Positions 1 to 10,400 of a stretch of DNA of 64,000 nt are shown piece by piece. The notes beneath the pieces are model-generated. The model did no database searches and was not told the origin of the DNA. It saw only the letters and a program-made list of their open reading frames with translations. The position numbers and the translations under genes are program-made. Source of the stretch: Octopus vulgaris (taxonomy: Eukaryota); NCBI GenBank assembly GCA_951406725.2, contig OX597817.1, positions 166,966,001 to 167,030,000 on the forward strand. Direction: 5' to 3'. How positions within the stretch are numbered: position 1 is the stretch's first letter; each line of letters starts with the position of its first letter.

Positions 1-2619
1 GCCAGCCAAGTAGTTGGACATTTCGTCGCGACTGGTGGTCCTCTGGATGCTGAACATGGCAGCATCGCTGCCTTTGTTGATATATTTGCAGACATATTGT
101 ATTGACCTGATGGAGCTGCAGAACTCAACGTTGACGTGGGCTTTGAATATCTTCGACAGGAGAGGACAGTAGGGGACAATGTAGCTGTTGTCCACTTGAT
201 GTCGCCCAACCGTAATCGTGCGGCCTCCATTGGCTGGACTCCTTCGTTTGTACAGCGGATACCCATCGCCGCCTGTTTGAGTCTCCAAAGTGAACCGTTT
301 AGGGAATCCCTTTGAGCAGGCTAATCCGTTTTTGTAGCATGGTGTGTTGGCGTAATTTGGTCCACAGGGCCCGTGTACCATGGTAGTGCGGACAATTTCG
401 TAGAGTCCGGGGTCCTCATCGGAGTCAGGAATCTCGGCGGAAATGAATTTGTCAATGTCATTAGTCTCGATTTTATGAGTGAGCCAAATTAAGATGTGAG
501 CATGTGGCAAGCCCCTCTTTTGCCACTCGACCGAAAACATGTGGCACCTGACATGCCCGAAAATCTGACCCTTAACTATCAAATCCTTCATTTTGCCCAA
601 ATTCAGACGGAAAACCCTAGCAACGATATCGTGTCGATGGGTGTGAGATTGACCCGGGAGGAGTTCGCGAGTGATTTCGTCACAGCTGGGATTGCACGTG
701 TAGGTGATAAAGAGGTCCGGCCGGCCGTAAATGCGCACGTAGGTCAAGGCGTCTTGGGTCCTTTCACGCATATATCGCGGTCCTCCCGTGAAGGTGGAGG
801 GTAGAATGCATGGCTTGCCGATGTTGCGAGGGTCATTTTCTTGTTGCAAACCGTCACGGAGATGAATGTAGGAGTCGGAGCGAAGTTTGGTCTGATTAAG
901 TTTAATGTATAGCAGCCTTTCCGATTCCATTTTTGCGGCCATGTCGACGGCGAACTGGTTGAATAGCTGACGACAACGGGGCAATAAGTTGAACTCACCC
1001 TCCCTGACCATGAACCGGTATGAGTAGAACGCCCTGCAGGAAACCGTCTTTGATGCCGCAGTAGTTTGATTGGAGGGCTGCCGTAAAGGAATTCCGAAGT
1101 GGTAGCCGTCTTCCCCATAAGGGAAAAGCAATGGATACTGAAGCGCGTCATAAGATCTGTGAGTCTCGCTGATCCTGTGTAGGTTGTTACCACGGGAGGA
1201 GATGATTATGTCACGGCTGTTGTGTTGCTCTCCGTGTATGACTGCGGCAATTTCGTTGCACGCAGGTGCGTTGAAACGGCGTTCGTGCTCCCCGTGGGGT
1301 CGTTTATCAGCATCAATGACAACGGTGAAGTTTGGAGATGGAGCACTGTCCAAGGCATATCTGAAGCTGCAGACGTAGCTGTTGATATCATGAAGCATGG
1401 TTTGGAGACGGAGAAGAACGTCTTTGCGGGGAACATAGCTTGTACCCGGTATTATTCCAAGGCGTGCATCAACCTGGTGGTTGTAGTCGGCAATGAAGTA
1501 TATTTGGAGGAAAGAAGACTGCTGAATCTCGTCTGGCAGAAGTGACCCAATAAGATGGTAGACCTGTCCCTGCACTTTGAAAGTAGGCATCCAGCCTTCT
1601 CTGGGAGGAATTTTGGCCCCGAAAGAGGTCATTTGGAATGAGCAGTTGTACTTTCGAATTATTTCAAGGAATTGTGACGAATCGGGGGTTAAACCCGCCG
1701 CGAGATCCTTCAGTGGTTGAGGTGGTTCCCGTAGGGGTGGCAGGTCCACTTTGCCACCAGAGCAGCACAAACCAGGTGGCTCTCCGGGCCATTTCTTGGC
1801 TTTGCAAAACTGGCATACAATTGTCATTGACCCTATCTTGATGTCGTCACGCAAGGAGAAGTTAATTGTGGCGTCGTAGTTGAATGCTAGTGACAACCAG
1901 AAAGCGGGGGCAGGGGTACGTACACCACGAATGATATCCCGACGTTTGTTGATACTCTCAAGTCGAGTGCACCGTGCCTCAGCAGATTCAGATGCACGTG
2001 CGACAGCGGTAGCTGTGGCATCCCTTGAAAGCCTTTCAGCTCTCGCCTCAGCACCCTCTGAAGCCCTAGCAGAAGCAGTGTTAATGGCATGTCTGGATGT
2101 CCGAATAGTCCGTTGGTGTGGAGTTTCGGCAGATCGAGCCCTGGCTGTGTTTGCGGCGTTAGCAGCTTGGCGAGCTCTCCTCTGTTGAGGTGTTTCGGCA
2201 GCTTTGGCCATGGCTTTGTTTGCGGCGTCAGCATCTTGGCGAGTTCTCCTCTGCTGTGAGGTTTCGACAGATCGTGTCCTGGCGGTGCTAGTGGCGTTAG
2301 CCGCATTCCGAATGGCCCTTTGTTCGGGGTTCTCGCGAGCTCTGCGGATGGAAGCACAGTAAGAAGCCCGCATGTTTTGGCTGGACTGTTGCTCTTTCGT
2401 CAACCTCGAGCGGAGGGAAGATCTGTACGCTGCGACCCTTGCAAGTCGGGTAGAACGGTCGCTAGTAGTTTCAGATGCCTGAGCAGCGGCATAACGGGAA
2501 GCTGTTTGCGAGAGGCGCAAGGCGGTTTCCTCGTGGGTCTCGCGTGCCCTTCTAGCCCTAGCAGCCGATGCCTTGGCCGTCCGAGGGCTGAGGAGGGTCC
2601 TTCTCTTCTTGGGTGGCAT
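1..2619 (-). CDS. Helitron Rep/Helicase (RepHel) protein, N-terminal 873 aa; open at the left window edge
   Basis: Manual translation from ATG (CAT at 2617-2619) to position 1 finds no stop: MPPKRRRT..., 23-aa repeats, CQFCKAKKWPGEPPGLCCSGGKV, FQMTSFGA, FKVQGQVYH, YDALQYPLLFPYGEDGY, ILPSTFTGGPRYM, Rep motif 1 DLFITYTCNP, motif 2 VEWQKRGLPHAHIL (HUH), MVHGPCG, motif 3 QYVCKYINKG. The ORF track misses it, most likely because there is no stop inside the window. Confidence 0.95.
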   Translation of the reverse strand, partial: MPPKKRRTLLSPRTAKASAARARRARETHEETALRLSQTASRYAAAQASETTSDRSTRLARVAAYRSSLRSRLTKEQQSSQNMRASYCASIRRARENPEQRAIRNAANATSTARTRSVETSQQRRTRQDADAANKAMAKAAETPQQRRARQAANAANTARARSAETPHQRTIRTSRHAINTASARASEGAEARAERLSRDATATAVARASESAEARCTRLESINKRRDIIRGVRTPAPAFWLSLAFNYDATINFSLRDDIKIGSMTIVCQFCKAKKWPGEPPGLCCSGGKVDLPPLREPPQPLKDLAAGLTPDSSQFLEIIRKYNCSFQMTSFGAKIPPREGWMPTFKVQGQVYHLIGSLLPDEIQQSSFLQIYFIADYNHQVDARLGIIPGTSYVPRKDVLLRLQTMLHDINSYVCSFRYALDSAPSPNFTVVIDADKRPHGEHERRFNAPACNEIAAVIHGEQHNSRDIIISSRGNNLHRISETHRSYDALQYPLLFPYGEDGYHFGIPLRQPSNQTTAASKTVSCRAFYSYRFMVREGEFNLLPRCRQLFNQFAVDMAAKMESERLLYIKLNQTKLRSDSYIHLRDGLQQENDPRNIGKPCILPSTFTGGPRYMRERTQDALTYVRIYGRPDLFITYTCNPSCDEITRELLPGQSHTHRHDIVARVFRLNLGKMKDLIVKGQIFGHVRCHMFSVEWQKRGLPHAHILIWLTHKIETNDIDKFISAEIPDSDEDPGLYEIVRTTMVHGPCGPNYANTPCYKNGLACSKGFPKRFTLETQTGGDGYPLYKRRSPANGGRTITVGRHQVDNSYIVPYCPLLSKIFKAHVNVEFCSSIRSIQYVCKYINKGSDAAMFSIQRTTSRDEMSNYLAG

Positions 2620-3770
2620 TTTGGTGGATAGCAATGTGTTTGGCAAAGGTGTAATAAAAAGGAACACGTGGGGTAAGTATTTTGGTGGATAGTAATGTGT
2701 TTGGTAAAGGTGTAATAAAAAGGAGCTCGTGGGGTAAGTATCCGAAAATGTATAAAAAGTACAAAAACGGCCAAAAAGCTGGCAGCAATGTGAGTGACAA
2801 CAACGAAAAAGTCAAAAGTGATCAAACTGAACAAACGAAAGGAAAAGTTTTTTGATGCACACGACAAAAGTGGTTTATAATAAACCAAGAGTTTGCAAGT
2901 AGCGTCCGAGGACCGTTAGGGTACGTCAAAAATTGAAGGTAAAACGTTTGGGGTGGTAGTTATAAAGAAAGTTTAAACCAAAAAAGTATTCGAATAACTT
3001 GTGGCTGCAGCAGCTATTAGCAGAAGTGGCGGTATTGGGGGTAAAGTCTCGAATGTAATTTCTTCCTGGTAGGAATTGGTTGGATCGAATTATCGATAGC
3101 TAAAAAGGTCAAGTTGCGTCCCCTAGACAGTCTGGTTTGTGTTTAATACACAAATTTGTTTGCTATGTGTGCCACGTATGATTAAATTAACCGATTTTTT
3201 CCAATAATGTATCCTATTGGAATAAAAAGGGCTATATAGCTCCTTGGAGCAGACATGATGCTCGTTGTGAAAAAAAAAAAGATTCCTGCCAATTTGTGAA
3301 AGATATTGTCGAAAATATGTCATCTTGAATTTGAACGCGATTTCCCAAAATGGCATGATTTTATCGATTGTTTCTGATGGTAAGGTATTGCATGGAAAAC
3401 TAACGTCAGAATTGAGTTTCTTAGGGTAACATTAAGCTTCACCATGAGTTTGGTGAAAATCGATTGCAAGTTGTGAAAACTACCATAGATAATGCGTTGC
3501 ATAAAAAAAGCTTAGATTCTCGAGTTGCGTCCCCTAGACAGTCTGTGGTTCATGTTTATGATTCTCGACCCCATGTCGAATTTATCAATTTTTTTCAGAA
3601 CTGGGGGAACTTTTCAAAATTTTCGCTGCGTTAGTTTTGAATTATGACATTGGGCTATGTGTGTGTCAAGTTTCATCAGAATCGGTTGAAAGCCGTGGTC
3701 AGGGTGAGGGTACGAGAAAACAGACACACAGAAGCACGCACAGACAAACTGCCGTTTATATATAGAGAGA
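1..3770 (-). mobile_element. Autonomous-type Helitron, 5' portion (5' terminus at 3770)
   Basis: Minus strand begins A|TCTCTCTATATATAAACGGCAG (host A at 3771, element TC), the canonical Helitron 5' end. About 1.15 kb of leader follows (two ~59-bp tandem copies at ~2620-2740; GTTGCGTCCCCTAGACAGTCTG at ~3113 and ~3524), then the RepHel ORF. Confidence 0.9.
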
Positions 3771-5222
3771 TTGTAGCCTCATCCCAAATAAAAAGACTGC
3801 ATTCACGAAGAAGTCTTGCTCTTGAGGAACTACGATCTATATTACATATAGGATTATCTTTCTTTCCAATGTCCATGGGCAATTTGAATGCACTATGTGC
3901 CGTACGGCCGCCTTGAAGCAGTGTCGCTGCAATACCACTTGAGGCACATGCAATGGCAATTCGACGTTCAGCGCGCAGCTTTGCGAGAATCAAATTGATA
4001 ACGAAAGTTTTACCAGTACCACCTGGAGCATTCAAAAAGAAAAGCTTTCCTTGGTTCAATCTAACGCTGTCAATAATTTCATTATAAATCTCTGTTTGTT
4101 CAGGCAAAAGTCTTGGTTCATCTCGCGTAATTGTTTCCGTCAATTCGGCAATGTTGTAGTTTTTTCTGACATGTATTCAACATCCAAAGGCGCTTCATGA
4201 TGGACAGGTGTTGGCAGATGGAATTCACTTAAACCGCGTATAACATAGCGTCTGATGTGTCTGTCCATGTCGATTAATACCTCATTATAAACGTCGTTGC
4301 CATCACGTAGCGCTAAATTAGCCTGTATGTCCTTTGATAGGCTCTGTCTGAACGATTCCCAAAGGTTAAGAGGGTTGCTGGGATTACAGTGGATTAATAT
4401 GCTACAAAACAATCGACGCATTTGCCATGGTAGTTTACAATTTGAGGCCTCTGCTAATGTCCTGTATAAGTGGTCGTCATTGAGAAGAAGTCCGCGCCTC
4501 AAACATGCTTTCCTGTAAGTGGCGCAGATGATACCATCAACCGTGCGAAGATCAGCAAAAGACTTCGGTCCAGTAACTACATGAAGTAGCATTCTCAAAA
4601 AGATTTCCTGTTTGGTAGGATGAATATTATACACACGCCCAATGACGTTCTTCCTAGAAACACCGGGCCAATTGTCAAGTTCTGTTCCATGTGACCTGCG
4701 CAGCCTATTATTGTTGTTGTATGTGTAATATTCCGGTACTTCAGGGTAAATGAGAGTAGCAGCAAACTCATCAACTGAACACAATTTTAAAAATGCTGTA
4801 AGCGTAGTCCCTTTTGGATTTTCAATGACTTGACGTGCATTTTTCTCTGTGAAGTAAACCAGCTGTCTCTTCTGTAAATGAACATTCAGGTGGAAAACTG
4901 ATGGTGAGCTTAGATGAATCTCGTATCCAAAAATGCGCCACGCTGCATAATTGGAGGATACATACCTACCCAAAACGAATTGTTTAATTTCGTCATGTCT
5001 AAGGTCTTCATCACTGAACACAAACACGGCCATATCATCGCCCTTATTAATGTACTTGCAGAGGTATTGTATGCATCTCACCGAACTGCAGTACTCAACA
5101 TTAATGTGTGCATTAAATGTTTTGGAAAGCAAAGGGTTGAATGGAACGATCTAGGCATTATCAACATCGAATGTTTTTAGCCGTTGTTTAATTGTAGCTG
5201 TGCGGCCACCCAAACCTGGGTC
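3771..5222 (-). mobile_element. Older degenerate Helitron RepHel fragment (Rep C-terminus plus Pif1 helicase N-terminus)
   Basis: ORF 4140..5132 (HINVEYCSSVRCIQYLCKYINKG, GRYVSS..AAWRIFG, LRMLLHVVTGPKSF) and frameshifted ORF 3676..4143 (Walker A NAPGGTGKT, ACASSGIAATLLQGGRTAHSAFKLP, Walker B FIWDEAT). Premature stop at DNA*IVPF; 5'-truncated near 5222; helicase interrupted at 3771. Confidence 0.92.
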
Positions 5223-5432
5223 ACATATATGAAAGAGAGGACGGGAAAATGAAATATTTTGCAATGTAAACATGATTTGTTTTAAGAGAAAGATTGTCAT
5301 GATTGTGTGTTGGTGGTGGCGATGATAATTATCATTAGGAAAAACACAAGTTGTGGCGATGATAATTCTAGACCCCTTTTCACATTTTGATGAAGAGAAC
5401 CTGATTTCATTCGGGTCTAATGGGGCCACATA

Positions 5433-5473
<41 letters not shown>

Positions 5474-5657
5474 ACTGTAGAAATTAAATTAGAGATCAAA
5501 CCACTAATAGGGAAATGAAACAGTAAAAAAACAAAAACATAGAAAATAAAAATATAATATTAGATATATGTGTGTGTGTGTGTGTTGACAGGTAGACAAT
5601 AGAATGCGATGGCGATGGCGATGTCGATGTAATATTTGTTTCTGTCTATGAACGCTG

Positions 5658-5914
5658 GTTATCATGGGATAATACATGTAATGCACCATATAACATAACG
5701 TGGAAGCGCGTGGTTTAGTGGTTAGGGTGTCAGCATCATGATCGTAATTTTGTTGTTTCGATTCCTGGACCGGGCGACGCGTTGTGTTATTGCGCAAAAC
5801 ACTTCATTTCACGTTGATCCAGTCGACTCAGCTGGCAAAAATGAATAACGCTGCGAAGGGCCGTCCAGCTGGGGAACACATACGCCATATAAACCGGGAA
5901 ACCGGGCCCATGAG
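5658..5914 (+). repeat. tRNA-derived SINE fragment plus 5' flank, copy 1 of a 257-bp direct repeat
   Basis: A-box-like GTGGTTTAGTGG and B-box-like GTTTCGATTCC; four differences seen relative to 7030-7286. Confidence 0.8.
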
Positions 5915-6248
5915 TAAAATGTATGGGAAGCTAAGAGATAAGAGTGAGTGAAAATGTTCTTGGAAGAGAGTAAATAGCGAGAGAGTGATTTGAGGAAGAC
6001 TTTACATTAAATAACCGTAGTGGCTTGTCATATGAAGAGGAGTGAGAGGGTACTGGAGGAAATAGGGTGAGTGAGGAAGATGGCCCCTAGCAACCACACC
6101 TTTTAAGATAGGGATTTCTAAGGTAGCCCACGAGCATCGTCACCTCATTCTACATGTCCCTGTAAATTTTGGAGCGAATCGGACGGGATGTAGTGGCATT
6201 GAAAGCGATCCAAGTGGTAAAAACGCATTTCAGTTTTATATATAGAGA
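5915..6248 (-). mobile_element. Non-autonomous Helitron 5' part (3' end missing)
   Basis: + strand reads CAGTTTTATATATAGAGA|T, i.e. minus-strand A|TCTCTATATATAAAA, the same terminus type as 3770 and 37196. No hairpin-plus-CTAG end found; left boundary approximate. Confidence 0.55.
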
Positions 6249-6435
6249 TATTATTATGTTGAATAAAAATTAAATAATTTTTTTTAATTCTGGAAAATAT
6301 ATAGTATAAATATTTGACATAAACATAAGTAACTGAAAAATATCAATTTAAGAACAAGAAAAATATCAATTTATAAATGATAAGAGATTAATAAGGTAAG
6401 CATACCAAAATAAGAAAACAAAATAAGAATTTATA

Positions 6436-6710
6436 AGTTCCTTTATTGGCCACACAGGGCTGCACACAGATGGGACAGGTTACAAGGTAGAGCTTTTCTT
6501 TTGGGGAATGAAAAAAACCAAAAACAAAAAACAAAAGAAACAAAAAAAAGGTGGCGTAGGTTTTCGATCAAAAGGAATCGTAAAAGGAAAAAAACCAGCA
6601 AAAAAGAAAATTAAAAAAAAGAAAAAAAGGAAAAAAGTAAAAAGAACAAAAGAAAAGAGAAATGAAAAAAAAGAAGAATTTATAGAAAACAAGAAGAAAT
6701 ACATATAAAA
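6436..6710 (-). repeat. Probable retroelement 3' UTR end
   Basis: Minus strand: T-rich tract, then CTGTGTGCAGCCCTGTGTGGCCAATAAAGGAAC, which resembles the tail of the SINE at 39463-39702. No coding part visible. Confidence 0.4.
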
Positions 6711-7029
6711 TACATATAAAGAGACAGGGGATTGAATTTAAAGGCAGGGAAAGATAAAGGTAACATTAAAGAGGAAGTTAATAGATATGGAAGTAATGAC
6801 GGCAGTTAAAGGTATTCCAACCGAATAGGTTTTATAAGTTGTAATATTACAAATATTATTGTATGTATGATTGTATAGTTCCTAGAGGGTATAAGATTTA
6901 GTGAAAGAAGACTTGCTATCACAAACTCACAACAAATATACATAATATGGCTATTAGGGTAGAAATTCACAGAAGGAAAAAACAGTGTAATCATCAAAAT
7001 AGGATGAAGTTAAACTAACTAGACATGGA

Positions 7030-7305
7030 GTTATCATGGGATAATACATGTAATGCACCATATAACATAACGTGGAAGCGCGTGGCTTAGTGGTTAGGGT
7101 GTCAGCATCATGATCGTAATTTTGTTGTTTCGATTCCTGGACCGGGCGACGCGTTGTGTTCTTGCGCAAAACACTTCATTTCACGTTGATCCAGTCGACT
7201 CAGCTGGCAAAAATGAATAACGCTGCGAAGGGCCGTCCACCTGGGGAACACATACGCCATAGAAACCGGGAAACCGGGCCCATGAGCCTGGCTAGGCTTT
7301 GAAAG
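7030..7305 (+). repeat. tRNA-derived SINE plus 5' flank, copy 2 of the direct repeat
   Basis: 7030-7286 is near-identical to 5658-5914; this copy continues CCTGGCTAGGCTTTGAAAGGG. Confidence 0.8.
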
Positions 7306-7484
7306 GGTGTATTTATTTTGTTTATCTTTACATAACAAAACACATAGAGTATAACATGTGTAATGTAATACATTCTACCATATAACATAATATCCTATAT
7401 TTTGTACTAGAGGGTAAGTAATAACGGATACGACACTAAAGTTGATTTCCACCATCAAATTTCAAGTGTGATAACTGTAAATTT

Positions 7485-10400
7485 AATCAAACATTTTCAT
7501 CAAACATTTTCATCAAAAATTTTCATCAAACATTTTCAAATATTTTCATCAAACATTCGCTTCAAACAATTTCATCAAATATTTTTCATCAAACATTTAT
7601 CGTCAAACAATTTCATCAAACATTTATCATCAAACATTTTCATCAAATATTTTAATCAAACATTTACATCAAACACTTTCATTAAACAATTTCATCAAAC
7701 ATTTTCATCAGACATTTTCATCAAAGATTTTCATCAAACATTTTCATCAAACATTTTCATCAAACATTTTCATCAAACATTTTCATCAAACATTTTCAAA
7801 TATATTCATCAAACATAATCCTCAAACAATTTCATCAAACATTTTTCATCAAAAATTTATCATGAAACAATTTCATCAAACATTTTCATCAAACATTTTA
7901 ATCAAATATTTTCATCAAACGTTTTTCCTCAAACATTTATCATGAAACAATTTCATGAAAAAATTTCATCAAACATTTTCACAAACATTTATCTTCAAAC
8001 ATTTTCATCAAATATTTTCATCAGACATTTTCATCAAACATTTTCATCAAACATTTTCAAATATTTCCATCAAACATTCTCCTCAAACAATTTCTTCAAA
8101 CATTTTTCATCAAACATTTATCATCAAACATTTTCATCAAATATTTTAATCAAACATTTTCATCAAACACTATCATTAACCGATTTCATCAAACATTTTC
8201 ATCAGACATTTTCATCAAACATTTTCATCAAATATTTTCATCAAACATTTTCATCAAACATTTATCATCAAACATTTTCATCAAATATTTTTCAGACATT
8301 TTCATCAAACTTTTTTTCAAACATTTTCATCAGACATTTTTTATCAAACATTTTTATCAAACATTCATTATGAAATATTTTCATGAAAAATTTTCATCAA
8401 ACATTGTTCATCAGACATTTTTATCAAACATTTATCATGAAATATTTTCATAAAAATTTTCATCAAATATTTTCATCAAACATTTTCAAATATTTTCATG
8501 AACCGTTCTCCTCAAACATTTTCATCAAGCATTTTTAAATATTTCCATCAAACATTCAACTCAAACAATTTCATCAAACATTTTTCATCAAACATTTATC
8601 ATCAAATATTTTCATCAAACATTTTCATCAAACATTTTCATCAAAAATTTTCAGATATATTCATCAAACATAATCCACAAACAATTTCATCAAACATTTT
8701 TCATCAAAAATTTATCATAAAACAATTTCATCAAACATTTTCATCAAAAATTTTAATCAAATATTTTCATCAAACATTTTTCCTCAAACATTTATCATGA
8801 AACAATTTCATGAAAAAATTTCATCAAACATTTTCACAAACATTTATCATCAAACATTTTCATCAAATATTTTCATCAGACATTTTCATCAAACATTTTC
8901 ATCAAACATTTTCAAATATTTCCATCAAACATTCTCCTCAAACAATTTCTTCAAACATTTTTCATCAAACATTTATCATCAAACATTTTCATCAAATATT
9001 TTAATCAAACATTTTCATCAAACACTTTCATTAACCGATTTCATCAAACATTTTCATCAGACATTTTCATCAAACATTTTCATCAAATATTTTCATCAAA
9101 CATTTTCATCAAACATTTATCATCAAACATTTTCATCAAATATTTTTCAGACATTTTCATCAAACTTTTTTCAAACATTTTCATCAGACATTTTTTATCA
9201 AACATTTTTATCAAACATTCATTATGAAATATTTTCATGAAAAATTTTCATCAAACATTTTTCATCAAACATTTTTATCAAACATTTATCATGAAATATT
9301 TTCATCAAAAATTTTCATCAAATATTTTCATCAAACATTTTCAAATATATTCAAGAACCATTCTCCTCAAACATTTTCATCAAGCATTTTTAAATATTTC
9401 CATCAAACATTCAACTCAAGCAATTTCATCAAACATTTTTCATCAAACATTTATCATCAAATATTTTCATCAAACATTTTCATCAAACATTTTTATCAAA
9501 CATTTTCATCAAACATTTTCATCAGACATTTTCATCAAACATTTTCATCAAACAATTTCATCAAACATTTTCATCAAACATTTTCATCAAACATTTTCAT
9601 CAAACATTTTCAAATATGTTCATCAAACATAATCCTCAAACAATTTCATCAAATATTTTTCATCAAAAATTTATCATGAAACAATTTCATCGAACATTTT
9701 CATCAAACATTTTAATCAAATATTTTCATCAACCATTTTTCCTCAAACATTTATCATGAAACAATTTCATGAAAAAATTTCATCAAACATTTTCACAAAC
9801 ATTTATCATCAAACATTTTCATCAGATATTTTCATCAGACATTTTCATCAAACATTTTCATCAAACATTTTCAAATATTTTCATGAACCATTCTCCTCAA
9901 ACATTTTCATCAAGCATTTTTAAATATTTCCATCAAACATTCAACTCAAACAATTTCATCAGACATTTTTATCAAACATTTATCATCAAGTATTTTCATC
10001 AAAAATTTTCATCAAATATTTTCATCAAACATTTTCAAATATTTTCATGAACCATTCTCCTCAAACATTTTCATCAAGCATTTTCAAACATTTTCATCAA
10101 ACATTTCCATCAGACATTTTCATCAAACATTTTCATGAACGAATTTAATCAAACATTTTCATCAAACATTTTCATCAAACATTTTCAAATATTTTCATGA
10201 AACATTCTCCTCAAACAATTTCACCAAACATTTTCATCAAACATTTTCATCAAACATTTTCATCAAACATTTTCAAATATGTTCATCAAACATAATCCTC
10301 AAACAATTTCATCAAATATTTTTCATCAAAAATTTATCATGAAACAATTTCATCGAACATTTTCATCAAACATTTTAATCAAATATTTTCATCAACCATT

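Noticed and set aside
496-2888. Short listed ORFs overlapping the Helitron
   Set aside because: Antisense or alternative-frame shadows of the single 1-2619 minus-strand ORF.
6480-6708. Lys-rich / Phe-rich ORFs
   Set aside because: Translation of an A-rich low-complexity tract.
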